Part shown: positions 17,481-27,579 of the stretch, in pieces
How the letters are laid out: every line of letters starts with the position of its first letter
How positions within the stretch are numbered: the stretch's first letter is position 1
Assembly: GCA_964371595.1 (NCBI GenBank)
Contig: CAYJNJ010000004.1
Location: 15,594 to 79,593 of the forward strand
Length of the DNA stretch: 64,000 bases
From: an uncultured Bacteroidales bacterium
GTDB taxonomy: Bacteria; Bacteroidota; Bacteroidia; Bacteroidales; JAGOPY01
Direction of reading: 5' to 3'
Made by a program: the position numbers and the translations under genes
Notes under the pieces: model-generated
The model's database searches: none
Told to the model about the DNA's origin: nothing
Seen by the model: only the letters and a program-made list of their open reading frames with translations

Positions 17481-18473
17481 ATGAAGACTTTTAAGATCCT
17501 GCTCCTCTCGCTTTTGATCTTCCTGGCTTGGTCATGTGAAGAAGATTTCGACATTAATGCCCCTTACCAGGATATTACTGTGGTTTACGGGCTACTTGAC
17601 CAGGGTGTTGACACCATCTACCTGAAGATTAACAAGGCATTCCTGGGTGACGGGAACGTTATGGAAATGGCCAAAATAGCGGATTCAAGCACTTATGTCA
17701 ACGGGTTGCAGGCGGTTGTCGAAGAATGGGAAAACAGCGCAATGGTCAATTCTTACCAGCTTGATACAATTACCCTCGGCGGGAAAGAAGAAGGGATTTT
17801 CAGCAACCCATACCAGATCATTTATTATGCCCCGTTCGAGCCAGATGCTTCCATGACTTACAGGCTGAAGATCAATGTAAACGGCAGGCAGATCGAGAGC
17901 GAAACAGAGCTGGTCAATAATTTCACTATCAGTTCGCCCAGTGCAGGATCACCATTCGTTAAGTTCAGACCGGGTTTCGATTCGAATATTGAATGGGAAT
18001 CGGCAAAGAACGGAAAGAGATATGAAGTGGTCATCCGGTTTAAATATAAAGAAGTCCTTCTCGACAGCCCGGATACTATATATACCTATGTTGACTGGGC
18101 ACTGGGAACTAAAAAATCGGTCCAGGTTACAGGTGGTGAGGATATGGAGGTTACATACAGCAACGATGGATTCTATAATTTTATCTCAAATGAGATCCCT
18201 TACGAGGATGCCGCTGCAGAAGCCAATGTAAAGAACCGGTATACGAATGACGTGGATTTCATCATTTCGGTGGCGGCCCTGGATTTCAATACCTACCTCG
18301 AAGTCAATGAGCCTTCCAACAGCATCATCCAGGACAGGCCCGAATTCACGAATATCAGCAATGGCACCGGCCTGTTCTCGAGCCGGTTCAAGAATATCAG
18401 GACGAAAAAGCTGGCCCCCGAATCAATCAATACAATCGTGTCTACCCTACCCGAACTGAAGTTCGTTTACTGA
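17481..18473 (+). CDS. Hypothetical lipoprotein
   Basis: It has a signal peptide with a lipobox-like LAWSC (Cys at residue 19). I recognise no catalytic motif. Confidence 0.6.
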   Translation: MKTFKILLLSLLIFLAWSCEEDFDINAPYQDITVVYGLLDQGVDTIYLKINKAFLGDGNVMEMAKIADSSTYVNGLQAVVEEWENSAMVNSYQLDTITLGGKEEGIFSNPYQIIYYAPFEPDASMTYRLKINVNGRQIESETELVNNFTISSPSAGSPFVKFRPGFDSNIEWESAKNGKRYEVVIRFKYKEVLLDSPDTIYTYVDWALGTKKSVQVTGGEDMEVTYSNDGFYNFISNEIPYEDAAAEANVKNRYTNDVDFIISVAALDFNTYLEVNEPSNSIIQDRPEFTNISNGTGLFSSRFKNIRTKKLAPESINTIVSTLPELKFVY

Positions 18474-18509
18474 TCAGATTTTCTCACTTACCGACGTATA
18501 TAGTGTCTG

Positions 18510-18533
18510 TGCTCCGACGGGTAAATCCGTCGG
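18510..18533. repeat. 24-nt hairpin unit TGCTCCGACGGGTAAATCCGTCGG, copy 2
   Basis: It is identical to 15674-15697 and in the same orientation. Confidence 0.9.
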
Positions 18534-18649
18534 CTATGATGTATTATGACTTTTTGTCACAAGATGGCAGAAGGGCAACTGTGGCATAATGATTGACATT
18601 CCGAACAAGAAATTTCTATTTTTTCTTAACAGCATTTAATATAAAGTAT

Positions 18650-20560
18650 ATGGGAAAGATCATCGGAATAGACCTTGGGACAACAAATTCCTGCGTTTCA
18701 GTAATGGAAGGAAATGAGCCTGTTGTAATACCTAACAGTGAAGGACGACGCACAACGCCGTCAATTGTGGCATTTACCGACAACAACGAACGTAAAGTGG
18801 GTGACCCGGCAAAGCGCCAGGCCATCACCAACCCCAAAAGGACAGTATATTCCATCAAACGATTCATGGGAGAGACTTTCGACCAGGTTTCAACAGAAAT
18901 AAAAAGGGTGACTTATGAAGTGACCCGTGGAGATAACAACACCCCCCGCATTAAAATTGACGACCGCTTTTATTCCCCGCAGGAAATCTCAGCAATGGTT
19001 TTACAGAAAATGAAAAAGACCGCTGAAGATTACCTCGGGCAATCAGTTTCCGAAGCCGTGATCACGGTTCCGGCCTATTTCAGCGATTCACAGCGCCAGG
19101 CCACCAAAGAAGCCGGCGAGATCGCAGGCCTGAAGGTCCGCAGGATCATCAATGAGCCTACCGCAGCCGCGCTGGCTTATGGCCTCGACAAGAAAAACAA
19201 AGACATCAAGGTCGCCGTTTTTGACCTCGGCGGCGGGACCTTCGATATTTCGGTCCTTGAACTCGGCGATGGCATCTTCGAAGTGAAATCCACTAACGGA
19301 AATACCCATCTCGGAGGAGACGATTTCGACCAGACGATCATCGACTGGCTGGCGGATGAGTTTAAGAGCGAAGAAGGCCTCGACCTGCGCAAAGACGCCA
19401 TGGCGCTGCAACGTCTGAAAGAAGCTGCAGAAAAAGCCAAGATTGAGCTTTCCAGTTCAACTGAAACAGAAATCAATCTGCCTTATATCATGCCGGTCGA
19501 CGGTGTGCCGAAGCACCTTGTGAGAAAGCTCACACGCTCGAAGTTCGAACAGCTGATCGACAAGTACGTCCAGATGACCGTCGAACCCTGCCGCAAGGCA
19601 TTAGCTGACGCAGGAATGAAGCCTGCCGATGTCGATGAAGTGATCCTGGTCGGCGGTTCCACCCGTATACCGGTCATCCAGAAGATCGTTAAGGAATTTT
19701 TCGGTAAAGACCCTTCCAAAGGGGTAAACCCTGATGAAGTAGTCGCAGTAGGCGCTGCCATCCAGGGAGGTGTGCTCACGGGCGAGGTTAAAGATGTGCT
19801 TTTACTCGACGTAACCCCGCTTTCACTCGGGATTGAAACGCTCGGCGGTGTTTTCACAAGGCTGATCGAATCCAACACTACCATCCCGACCAAAAAATCG
19901 GAAGTTTTCTCAACGGCATCCGACAGCCAGACATCGGTGGAAATCCACGTCCTCCAGGGCGAACGCCCGATGGCATCGCAGAACAAGAGTATCGGAAGGT
20001 TCCATCTCGACGGCATCCCGCCGGCACCCAGGGGTATCCCGCAGGTTGAAGTCACTTTCGACATCGATGCCAACGGTATCCTTCATGTGGCCGCCAAGGA
20101 CAAAGCAACCGGGCGTTCCCAGCAGATCAGGATCGAAGCCTCTTCCGGCTTGAACCAGGCCGAAATTGACCGGATGAAAAAGGAAGCAGAGGAAAATGCC
20201 GAATCCGACAGGAAGGCAAGGGAAAGCGTGGATAAGCTCAATGCAGCAGACGCACTCATCTTCCAGACGGAAAAGCAACTTAAAGAATATGGCGATAAAA
20301 TTCCCGAAAGCTTTAAAGGCGACCTCGAAATCGCCCTTGGACAGCTTAAGGAAGCCCATAAAAGCCAGGATATTGCAGCTATCGATGCTGCGATGGCCAA
20401 CCTGAATGAAAAATGGCAAAAAGCCAGCACCGAGATGTACCAGGGAGCACAGTCCTCGCAGCAGCAACCCGGACAGGAACCTGAACAGGGTCCCGGAAAG
20501 CAGGAAGGAAGCAAAAACGACGGCGAAGTTACTGACGTCGATTTTGAAGAAGTTAAATAA
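18650..20560 (+). CDS. dnaK: Molecular chaperone DnaK (Hsp70)
   Basis: It has [24 protein letters not shown] and [11 protein letters not shown], with full-length Hsp70 collinearity. The start is taken at the ATG at 18650, not at the upstream ORF-track Met at 18593. Confidence 0.95.
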   Translation: MGKIIGIDLGTTNSCVSVMEGNEPVVIPNSEGRRTTPSIVAFTDNNERKVGDPAKRQAITNPKRTVYSIKRFMGETFDQVSTEIKRVTYEVTRGDNNTPRIKIDDRFYSPQEISAMVLQKMKKTAEDYLGQSVSEAVITVPAYFSDSQRQATKEAGEIAGLKVRRIINEPTAAALAYGLDKKNKDIKVAVFDLGGGTFDISVLELGDGIFEVKSTNGNTHLGGDDFDQTIIDWLADEFKSEEGLDLRKDAMALQRLKEAAEKAKIELSSSTETEINLPYIMPVDGVPKHLVRKLTRSKFEQLIDKYVQMTVEPCRKALADAGMKPADVDEVILVGGSTRIPVIQKIVKEFFGKDPSKGVNPDEVVAVGAAIQGGVLTGEVKDVLLLDVTPLSLGIETLGGVFTRLIESNTTIPTKKSEVFSTASDSQTSVEIHVLQGERPMASQNKSIGRFHLDGIPPAPRGIPQVEVTFDIDANGILHVAAKDKATGRSQQIRIEASSGLNQAEIDRMKKEAEENAESDRKARESVDKLNAADALIFQTEKQLKEYGDKIPESFKGDLEIALGQLKEAHKSQDIAAIDAAMANLNEKWQKASTEMYQGAQSSQQQPGQEPEQGPGKQEGSKNDGEVTDVDFEEVK

Positions 20561-20591
20561 GCTTCACACTGCAATAAAACCCGCATAATAT

Positions 20592-20599
20592 TACCTTTG
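20592..20599 (+). promoter_or_regulatory. -7 promoter box TACCTTTG upstream of 20621 gene
   Basis: TAnnTTTG match 21 nt upstream of the ATG. Confidence 0.4.
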
Positions 20600-20620
20600 T
20601 GATATGCGTTTTATTGCCGG

Positions 20621-22150
20621 ATGAAGAAACTTCTAAGCATACTGTCCCTCCTGCTGTCCCTTGCGGGCAACAGCCAGACCGGTGTCGTAAGGCTTGAGTT
20701 TGAAGCCGCTATCAACAGTGATATTTATGAAATGGTACCCCTGGACAACCAGGGGTTCCTTGTTTTCTATGAGACCACGGAAAAGGTCGGTGAAGAAAGC
20801 AAGTACTGGTTCTTCCAGTTTTTCGGGCCTACCTTTGAAGAGATATGGAAAGCCAACGTACCTGTTCTGGCAGGCGCAAACTACCAGGATTATTCAAGGT
20901 CCGATTCATTGCTCCAGCTCTTCTTCCTGAATGATGGCAAAGTAAAATCTGGGAAGGATAATTTCCAGCTTCTTACAATAGATCTTAAAAACCAGGTTTC
21001 ATATGAAACCAGGGGCAGTGTGCCGTCTGAAAGCACTTTTGCGAGGTTCTGCGTAGATGGGACGAAGGTTTTCTTCGGCCTTAATTTAAAAAACGAGCAG
21101 GCCTCGATTTTTGCGATCGACCCTGATTCCGCAATAATAAGCGAATTCAGGGTCACCTACCCGGATCAGAATATCATTGAAGACCTGTATTTCGACAAAT
21201 ACACCGGGCACCTGGTGAGTATCGTCAGCAATTATCTTTCACGGAAACAAAACAAGATGAATTTTCTTGCTTTGTCGGCAGATGCCACTTTTCTGTACGA
21301 TCTCGAAATTTATCCTGTCATTGCCGGGAAATACCTGAATTCAGGGCGGATCACAATGACCGACAGTTCAAATTATATGGTTACCGGTACTTACGGGGGC
21401 ATTGCTTCGAAGATGCCGGCAGCAAACGAATATTTCGGCGAAGAGTCGTCAGGCGTATTCGCCACCCTGATCAGCAACCGGAAGCAGGCCTTCATGAATT
21501 ACTACAACTTTACGGAATTCAGGAACCTGAGGGCGGGTGTCAGCGCAAGGGATTATTACCGCCTGCAGAAAAAGAGTCAGCGGGAATCGCCCGAATATTC
21601 AATGAATTACGAACTGCTGCTCCATCAACCCGAATTGCGTGACAGCATCATAGTAATGATGATGGATGCTTATTACCCTGAATTCCGGACCGTTAGCGAT
21701 GTTTCTTACGATTACTGGGGCAGGCCCGTAACGCATACTTATTCCGTGTTCGACGGTTTCAGGTTCTTTAATTCGATACTGACCGGGTTCAACCTGAAGG
21801 GTGAACTTACCTGGGACAACAGCCTGGAGCTCAATATTGCCCCAACAACCCACCTGGATAAAAAAGCGGCTTACTTTTTCGATGGCGAGCCGGCAATTTT
21901 ATTCTATAACGACGGGTCGAAGATCGCCTACCGGATCTGCAGGGAAAATGCCGAACTGGAGCCGTTTACCAAACTTGACCTTGAAACGTCACAGCTTGGC
22001 GACAAGATCACGGCCGTGGGGCGGAACCGCCTGATCCACTGGTACGGATATAATTTCCTTGCTTTCGGCTATCACACGATCCAGAACAATTTGCTCCCGG
22101 ATAAAAACGAGCGGACGGTCTTTTATATCAACAAGATCTCACTTGAGTAA
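20621..22150 (+). CDS. Hypothetical secreted protein (509 aa)
   Basis: It has a signal peptide (MKKLLSILSLLLSLAGNSQ) and a long uninterrupted ORF. I recognise no family. Confidence 0.6.
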   Translation: MKKLLSILSLLLSLAGNSQTGVVRLEFEAAINSDIYEMVPLDNQGFLVFYETTEKVGEESKYWFFQFFGPTFEEIWKANVPVLAGANYQDYSRSDSLLQLFFLNDGKVKSGKDNFQLLTIDLKNQVSYETRGSVPSESTFARFCVDGTKVFFGLNLKNEQASIFAIDPDSAIISEFRVTYPDQNIIEDLYFDKYTGHLVSIVSNYLSRKQNKMNFLALSADATFLYDLEIYPVIAGKYLNSGRITMTDSSNYMVTGTYGGIASKMPAANEYFGEESSGVFATLISNRKQAFMNYYNFTEFRNLRAGVSARDYYRLQKKSQRESPEYSMNYELLLHQPELRDSIIVMMMDAYYPEFRTVSDVSYDYWGRPVTHTYSVFDGFRFFNSILTGFNLKGELTWDNSLELNIAPTTHLDKKAAYFFDGEPAILFYNDGSKIAYRICRENAELEPFTKLDLETSQLGDKITAVGRNRLIHWYGYNFLAFGYHTIQNNLLPDKNERTVFYINKISLE

Positions 22151-22949
22151 TTTTACGGAAAAGGCCAGGTTCGCGGGAAGGTTTGCTGAATTCCTCCTTC
22201 ATTCCGGAAACCGTCACCGGATCCATTCCCCATTCCTATATTCGCTCATCGCAGTGGTAGTCAGGCGGGATAAGCCGGTTGAAGGCGGGGACAGGATAGA
22301 AAAGATCAGGAAAGCATGCCTGCATAGCAATGAGACCATTCAAAAGACCGATTACGGGACCAGTGGCAAAGGCATCCAGGGAGCGACTTACGACATCAGC
22401 ATAAAAGAAATAGCATCCGCTTCTCTCACCCCGGCAAGAATGGCGCGAAGGCTGAACAGGCTGGCTGTGTATATGAAGGCTGAAAGGATCCTTGAAATCG
22501 GCACCTCACTTGGGATCACCGCTTCCTACCTGGCAATGTCAAATCCCGGGGCCAGGATAATTACCCTGGAAGGATGTCCTTCACTGAGCCGTATCGCCAG
22601 GGGCCACTTTGCCCAACTGGGCCTGGCAAATATTGAGCTGATGGAAGGGCGGTTTGAAGACACGATGGAGGCAGCATTGAAAAGTCTTGGCAGCACCGAC
22701 CTGGTCTATATCGACGGGAACCACCGCAAGGAGGCTTTTCTTGAATATTTTGACCTGTGTTTGAACTATACCGGTAATAATACAGTTATAGTATGTGATG
22801 ATATCCATGCTTCAAAAGGCATGGAAGAAGCCTGGGAGCAGGTCATTCAAAGAGCGGAAGTTACGGTAAGCCTCGACTTTTTTTACAGCGGCTGGGTCTT
22901 CTTCCGCAAAGAATCATCCAGGGAGCATTTCAGGCTCAGGTATATCTAA
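22143..22949 (+). CDS. Class I SAM-dependent methyltransferase
   Basis: It has the ILEIGTSLGITASYLA (GxGxG-type) SAM motif and DLVYIDGNH. The start is uncertain. The ORF-track Met at 22059 overlaps the previous gene by 92 nt, so I chose the TTG at 22143, just before the family-typical HRIHSPFLYSL segment. Confidence 0.6.
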   Translation: MSNFTEKARFAGRFAEFLLHSGNRHRIHSPFLYSLIAVVVRRDKPVEGGDRIEKIRKACLHSNETIQKTDYGTSGKGIQGATYDISIKEIASASLTPARMARRLNRLAVYMKAERILEIGTSLGITASYLAMSNPGARIITLEGCPSLSRIARGHFAQLGLANIELMEGRFEDTMEAALKSLGSTDLVYIDGNHRKEAFLEYFDLCLNYTGNNTVIVCDDIHASKGMEEAWEQVIQRAEVTVSLDFFYSGWVFFRKESSREHFRLRYI

Positions 22950-22957
22950 ATGTTTTT

Positions 22958-22965
22958 TACATTTG
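22958..22965 (+). promoter_or_regulatory. -7 promoter box TACATTTG upstream of the ABC ATPase gene
   Basis: TAnnTTTG match 12 nt before the ATG at 22977. Confidence 0.4.
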
Positions 22966-22976
22966 TCTGAACGATA

Positions 22977-23693
22977 ATGGCAACGATGAATAATGAAGTG
23001 ATCCGGCTGGTGGACATCACCCGCCATTTTAAAGTAGGGCTCGAGGTAGTCCAGGCACTGCGAGGTATTACAATAGAAATCAAAAAGAATGAATTCGTTG
23101 CTTTGATGGGGGCATCCGGTTCAGGAAAATCAACCCTGATGAACCTGGTCGGTTGCCTTGATACTCCTACATCGGGGCAGTATTTCCTTAGCGGGCATGA
23201 TGTAAGCAAACTGGATGATAACCAGCTTGCCGAGATCAGGAATAAAGAAATTGGTTTTATCTTCCAGACTTTCAATCTTTTACCCCGGTCCACAGCGTTG
23301 GAGAATGTCATGCTGCCTTTAGTTTATGCCGGGATCAGTAAAGCGGAACGGCTGGAAAGGGCGACTAAAGCACTGGAATCTGTTGGCCTTGCAGACAGGA
23401 TGAACCATAAGCCCAACGAATTGTCGGGCGGTCAGCGCCAGCGTGTTGCAACGGCCAGGGCGCTGATCAACAATCCTTCGCTGATCCTCGCCGATGAGCC
23501 CACAGGGAACCTCGACTCCAAAACTTCCGACGAAATCATGACCCTGCTGGTGGATATCCATAAAGCTGGAAATACCATCATCCTCGTTACTCATGAGGAA
23601 TCTATTGCAAGGTTCGCCCATCGCATCATCAGGCTTATCGACGGCAGGGTGCATTCAGATGAAGTAAACCATAATGTCTATGTCCAGGTATAA
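22977..23693 (+). CDS. ABC transporter ATP-binding protein (MacB/LolD-type)
   Basis: It has Walker [10 protein letters not shown], the signature LSGGQRQRV, Walker B LILADEPT and the H-loop VTHE. Confidence 0.9.
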   Translation: MATMNNEVIRLVDITRHFKVGLEVVQALRGITIEIKKNEFVALMGASGSGKSTLMNLVGCLDTPTSGQYFLSGHDVSKLDDNQLAEIRNKEIGFIFQTFNLLPRSTALENVMLPLVYAGISKAERLERATKALESVGLADRMNHKPNELSGGQRQRVATARALINNPSLILADEPTGNLDSKTSDEIMTLLVDIHKAGNTIILVTHEESIARFAHRIIRLIDGRVHSDEVNHNVYVQV

Positions 23694-24240
23694 GATCTAT
23701 ACCCGAACGGGCGACAAGGGCCAGACTTCGCTGATCGGCGGGACCCGTGTCCCGAAATTTCATCCGCGGATCGAAGTCTATGGGACCATCGATGAATTAA
23801 ATTCCTACATCGGCCTTATCCGCGACCAGGAAATTGATGTGCATTTTAAGGATATACTGCTTGAAATCCAGGACAGGCTGTTTACCGCCGAATCGATTGT
23901 AGCCCTTGACCCGGGCGCAGAATCGAAGGTAAAACTGCCTGAACAGCACGATGCCGATATCACCCTGCTTGAGAATGAAATTGACCGGATGAATGAAGTC
24001 CTGCCTGATCTTACGTCTTTTATCCTCCCGGGAGGCCATCCCACGGTTTCTTATTGCCATATTGCCAGGTGCGTTTGCCGCCGTGCAGAGCGACACGCTA
24101 TCCGTCTTGCACAGTCACAACCTGTCGAAGAAAAAGTGATAATGTACCTCAACAGGTTGTCAGATTACCTCTTTGTGCTTGCAAGGCGTCTCGGCAAAGA
24201 CCTCGATGCAACTGAAACTACCTGGAAAGCAAGGACTTAG
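23674..24240 (+). CDS. ATP:cob(I)alamin adenosyltransferase, PduO type
   Basis: [13 protein letters not shown] at the N-terminus, plus the length and helical layout, are typical of PduO-type ATR. Confidence 0.8.
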   Translation: MSMSRYKIYTRTGDKGQTSLIGGTRVPKFHPRIEVYGTIDELNSYIGLIRDQEIDVHFKDILLEIQDRLFTAESIVALDPGAESKVKLPEQHDADITLLENEIDRMNEVLPDLTSFILPGGHPTVSYCHIARCVCRRAERHAIRLAQSQPVEEKVIMYLNRLSDYLFVLARRLGKDLDATETTWKART

Positions 24241-24290
24241 ACTTTATTTTCCAAGTTTCAAAATACTCTTGCTTTTTATGTAAAAAAACA

Positions 24291-24298
24291 TATTTTTG
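24291..24298 (+). promoter_or_regulatory. -7 promoter box TATTTTTG upstream of 24327 gene
   Basis: TAnnTTTG match 29 nt before the ATG. Confidence 0.4.
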
Positions 24299-24326
24299 CA
24301 GGAAATAATACCCTAACTTTTTAGCT

Positions 24327-24548
24327 ATGTACTGGACTCTGGAATTAGCTTCGAAATTGGAAGACGCTCCCTGGCCATGCACAAAGGAAGAATTAATCGA
24401 CTGGTGCATCCGTTCAGGCGCTCCTGCAGAGGTTGTAGAAAATCTCAGAGAGCTTGAGGACGAAGGAGACATTTACGAAAGCATCGAGGATATCTGGCCG
24501 GATTATCCAACCAAGGAAGACTTTTTCTTCCACGAAGATGAATATTAA
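24327..24548 (+). CDS. Small acidic protein, DUF2795-like
   Basis: 73 aa. WPCTKEELIDWCIRSGAPAEVVENLRELED resembles the DUF2795 pattern. This is from memory only. Confidence 0.55.
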   Translation: MYWTLELASKLEDAPWPCTKEELIDWCIRSGAPAEVVENLRELEDEGDIYESIEDIWPDYPTKEDFFFHEDEY

Positions 24549-24600
24549 CTAAGCGAATTAGAAACCAAATAAGAGGCTGCTCCACAATGGGCGGCCTTTT

Positions 24601-25134
24601 TCATTTCCTGAAGAAAGTAAAATTAACCTTGCCATAATTCCGGTGCTGCGAAAAACCCGGAAGAGCTGAAAAGTCTTTTCCTTCAGAATGTTCGATCACC
24701 AGCCAGCCGCCATCATTCAGCATTTCTTTCTTAAAAACAAGCCCGACCACCTCCTCAATCCCTTCGAGGTCATAGGGAGGATCGGCAAAAATGAGGTCGA
24801 ATTTTTCACGGGTATGGTTCAGGTAACCGATGGAAGAGGACCGGACTGCTTTAAGCTGGTCAAATCCAAGCTTCGATGCGGTTTCGCTGATAAATTTAAT
24901 GCAATTGGGGTGTATATCGACGGCGATCACCTGACGCGCCCCCCTGGAGGCAAATTCGTAAGAGATGCTGCCAGTCCCGGCATACAGGTCCAGGACGGTA
25001 AGATCATCAAAATAAATATTGTTATCCAGGATATTGAACAGGCTTTCCTTGGCCAGGTCGGTAGTAGGCCTTACCGGCAGGTTCGACGGGGCCGTGATCT
25101 TCCGTCCGCGGTGTATGCCCCTTATGATCCGCAT
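24601..25134 (-). CDS. rsmD: 16S rRNA (guanine966-N2)-methyltransferase RsmD
   Basis: It has MRIIRGIHRGRKI...PTTDLAKESLFNIL, LDLYAGTGS and the DPPY motif (FADPPYD). Confidence 0.85.
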   Translation of the reverse strand: MRIIRGIHRGRKITAPSNLPVRPTTDLAKESLFNILDNNIYFDDLTVLDLYAGTGSISYEFASRGARQVIAVDIHPNCIKFISETASKLGFDQLKAVRSSSIGYLNHTREKFDLIFADPPYDLEGIEEVVGLVFKKEMLNDGGWLVIEHSEGKDFSALPGFSQHRNYGKVNFTFFRK

Positions 25135-25994
25135 AAAGCAAGGCCAAACAATTCCGAATAAAGATGCCCCGGTACCTGCTTTAGCAACGGGCTGTAATTA
25201 AAAGATCCGGGCAGACCAGTGAAGCCCACAGGCCGGATATATTGTTCGAGAAGCGTATAAATTTCCGAGCCGGCATCAACGGAACCGCAGAGTGAAAGGT
25301 TCACGGATTCGGGCCTCAACTTTAACTGCTCGAGGGTGTATAAGGTGAAATAAAGGACATCTTCCTTACTTCGGCAAGAAAACGAATTGAAAAACACGGC
25401 TTTATGGCCTTCAAACGAAGCAATATCGATAAAAGGATTGCGCAAATTAAGGTACATGCCTTGCAGGGTCCCGCTTTGAAGATGGTGCTGAAAAGCCGTT
25501 TTGAGAAATGCCGTGGAACGGTGTACCATCACAGCGCCGGGGAAATTCTTTCGTATCATCACTTCAAGTTCCGGCTGATATCCGAATATATTTTCCGCAT
25601 CGATCTCCGTGACCCTGTCATGACCGGCTATGTTGTTTCCGGGTAAAGAAAAGTTAAAGCCGAGGTAGTCGCCGATACTGTCTTTTTCAAAAAAAGCAGC
25701 AGGTACCAGGGTGTGAAACGGGGTATCTATCCCGATGACCACGGAAGGGTATTTCCTGTGGAGGTTGCTATCGGCGGAAAAAGCTGCTTCAAGCTGGCCG
25801 TATAAGGCTTCTGTAGAACCTGGCAATTCAGCCGAACGGTAGGCGGCCAGGGCAAGAAAAGCGTTTTTATCCGAATCGAGGATGGCATATTGAAAGGAAT
25901 CCTGGCCAAGGAGGACAAATAACTGGCAGAAATACGAAGAAATGCGCCCGGTTTCAGGGTCGAAAAAACGATCATGCAAAACAAAGGCACTCAT
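25122..25994 (-). CDS. Hypothetical protein (DUF3822-like; conserved partner upstream of rsmD in Bacteroidota)
   Basis: The 290-aa ORF overlaps rsmD by 13 nt. The family assignment rests on recalled synteny and not on a search. Confidence 0.55.
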   Translation of the reverse strand: MSAFVLHDRFFDPETGRISSYFCQLFVLLGQDSFQYAILDSDKNAFLALAAYRSAELPGSTEALYGQLEAAFSADSNLHRKYPSVVIGIDTPFHTLVPAAFFEKDSIGDYLGFNFSLPGNNIAGHDRVTEIDAENIFGYQPELEVMIRKNFPGAVMVHRSTAFLKTAFQHHLQSGTLQGMYLNLRNPFIDIASFEGHKAVFFNSFSCRSKEDVLYFTLYTLEQLKLRPESVNLSLCGSVDAGSEIYTLLEQYIRPVGFTGLPGSFNYSPLLKQVPGHLYSELFGLALCGS

Positions 25995-26050
25995 GCGGAA
26001 CAGGCTTTACCGGCAGAATTTTTTCCGCCAGTTCATCCCAAAGGTAAGAT

Positions 26051-26656
26051 TTATTCCCAATTACCGTCGGTCGAAGGTTCTTCCATCGAACCTACTTTCA
26101 GGCCAGGGTACCGTTCAATGTCTTCTTTAGATTTTCTAAGGTTGATGACCAATTGCCGGTCAAGGCCTTTCATATAGGTTGAATAAGGGGCTTTGATCTC
26201 ATATACACTGACTTTGATACCTCCCCTGTCGATCTCCCCGCCGGCAAGTTCAAACAGGTCGCCATTTGAATACGGGACATAACGTAATGAATCCAGGTTG
26301 AAATTCGGCCGCCTGCTGAACAGTGAATCGGCGACTTTAACATAACCGAGGGTATCGTTGATCGATTTGGTAAACGTGGTATCGTTCGGGTCAGGGATCA
26401 TTTTGATGACCGGGATCTGCCCCTTTTTCAGGAAGGTAATGAGCGTATCAAAACTACCGGTGAACTTACCATGCTCCCTCTTATAAAACAACTGGCTTGT
26501 CCTCAGGTCCATAAGGCGGGCAATCACTTTTTCCTCTCTTGCTGCAGTAGCTGCATTAAATCTTACAGGCCGCATGATACTTTCGTACAGCAGGTAAGCC
26601 AGGACTACAATGACAACTGCAAGCGCCACCTTGATAATTATGTATTTCGAATTCAT
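26051..26656 (-). CDS. Hypothetical membrane-anchored protein
   Basis: It has a single N-terminal TM helix (IIIKVALAVVIVVLAYLLY). The ORF is preceded by a -7 box. Confidence 0.55.
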   Translation of the reverse strand: MNSKYIIIKVALAVVIVVLAYLLYESIMRPVRFNAATAAREEKVIARLMDLRTSQLFYKREHGKFTGSFDTLITFLKKGQIPVIKMIPDPNDTTFTKSINDTLGYVKVADSLFSRRPNFNLDSLRYVPYSNGDLFELAGGEIDRGGIKVSVYEIKAPYSTYMKGLDRQLVINLRKSKEDIERYPGLKVGSMEEPSTDGNWE

Positions 26657-26679
26657 AGGATTTGGTTTTTTTTGCCAAG

Positions 26680-26687
26680 CAAATGTA
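26680..26687 (-). promoter_or_regulatory. -7 promoter box TACATTTG upstream of 26656 gene
   Basis: TAnnTTTG on the minus strand, 24 nt upstream of the ATG. Confidence 0.4.
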
Positions 26688-26720
26688 AAAATATTTTTTG
26701 ATCACTATCCTGAATTTTGT

Positions 26721-27224
26721 TTATTTAATCCCTGCAACTGTAAAAGGATAATCAGGAAGATCTCCGATTTGCCGGATTGAAGCATGTACCGGATCAACAC
26801 GGCAAAAAATATGCTGAAGGCCATTGGTGAGCATCAGCAGTCCTACCTTCAAGGTCATATTATACCGGACGGCCTGGTCGAGCACCTCCTGCGAAAGAGG
26901 CACCGATGGCGCTTTGCATTCAACCACCAGCAGGGCATTGCCATTCCTGTCGAAGACGGCTATATCGAATCTTTTTCGGGTATTGAACAGCCTGATCTCC
27001 GACTCGGATTTCACAAGCGTCAGGGGGACATGTTTTTCTACAACCAGGTACTGAAGGACATGCTGCCGGACCCATTCCTCGGGCGTCAGGGCGACGTACT
27101 TCATCCGGACAGGGTCGAAAATGGATAATTTTCCATCTTTTTCCACGATCTGGAAATTATAGCCGGGGAAGTTGAGCTTGATCATTTCCTGGATACAGAT
27201 TTTTACAATTAATGGGCTGATCAA
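26721..27224 (-). CDS. Type I restriction enzyme HsdR N-terminal-domain-like protein (stand-alone PD-(D/E)XK-like)
   Basis: 167 aa. IFDPVRMKYVALTPEEWVRQH...DIAVFDRNGNALLVVECK is the characteristic pattern. No hsdM, hsdS or helicase gene lies nearby. Confidence 0.6.
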   Translation of the reverse strand: MISPLIVKICIQEMIKLNFPGYNFQIVEKDGKLSIFDPVRMKYVALTPEEWVRQHVLQYLVVEKHVPLTLVKSESEIRLFNTRKRFDIAVFDRNGNALLVVECKAPSVPLSQEVLDQAVRYNMTLKVGLLMLTNGLQHIFCRVDPVHASIRQIGDLPDYPFTVAGIK

Positions 27225-27406
27225 AAATAGGATAATTCGGGTTAAATTGAGGGGGGATAAAAAGTTATCAACTGCCTCTTGACTTCCCTGGATTTATTCC
27301 ATATTTTAGCAGTGTCCATTTCAGCCCCCACTGATTTATCAAACCAAACCAATCCAAATGAAATGGCATTTTCATAATAGACTTTTCGATAGGGTGAATA
27401 GGATTT

Positions 27407-27466
27407 ATTCTATTCTATTCTATTCTATTCTATTCTATTCTATTCTATTCTATTCTATTCTATTCT
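27407..27466. repeat. Perfect pentanucleotide microsatellite (ATTCT)12
   Basis: I counted 12 uninterrupted units, ending 113 nt upstream of the ATG at 27580. Confidence 0.95.
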
Positions 27467-27491
27467 GCTCAATCCCGTCCTGGCAAAAACC

Positions 27492-27514
27492 ATTACAATT
27501 CATTCAATTGTAAT
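27492..27514. repeat. Perfect 9-bp inverted repeat ATTACAATT-CATTC-AATTGTAAT
   Basis: Read directly from the sequence. It lies between the microsatellite and the 27580 start codon. Confidence 0.8.
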
Positions 27515-27579
27515 TTCTCTTCCTTCTCTGCTTTCAAGTTTCTTTCCTTTTTATTTATTAACCTTAATACCAATTATTT

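Noticed and set aside
18593-18649. The ORF track extends dnaK upstream by 19 codons ([19 protein letters not shown]).
   Set aside because: Hsp70 proteins begin at [14 protein letters not shown]. The extension is AT-rich, non-conserved-looking leader sequence.
26721-27224. I considered the HsdR N-terminal-domain-like protein as a marker of a type I restriction-modification or other defence locus.
   Set aside because: There is no methylase, specificity subunit, helicase or nuclease partner nearby. The gene sits in what looks like a conserved housekeeping string ending in rsmD. Stand-alone copies of this domain are common.
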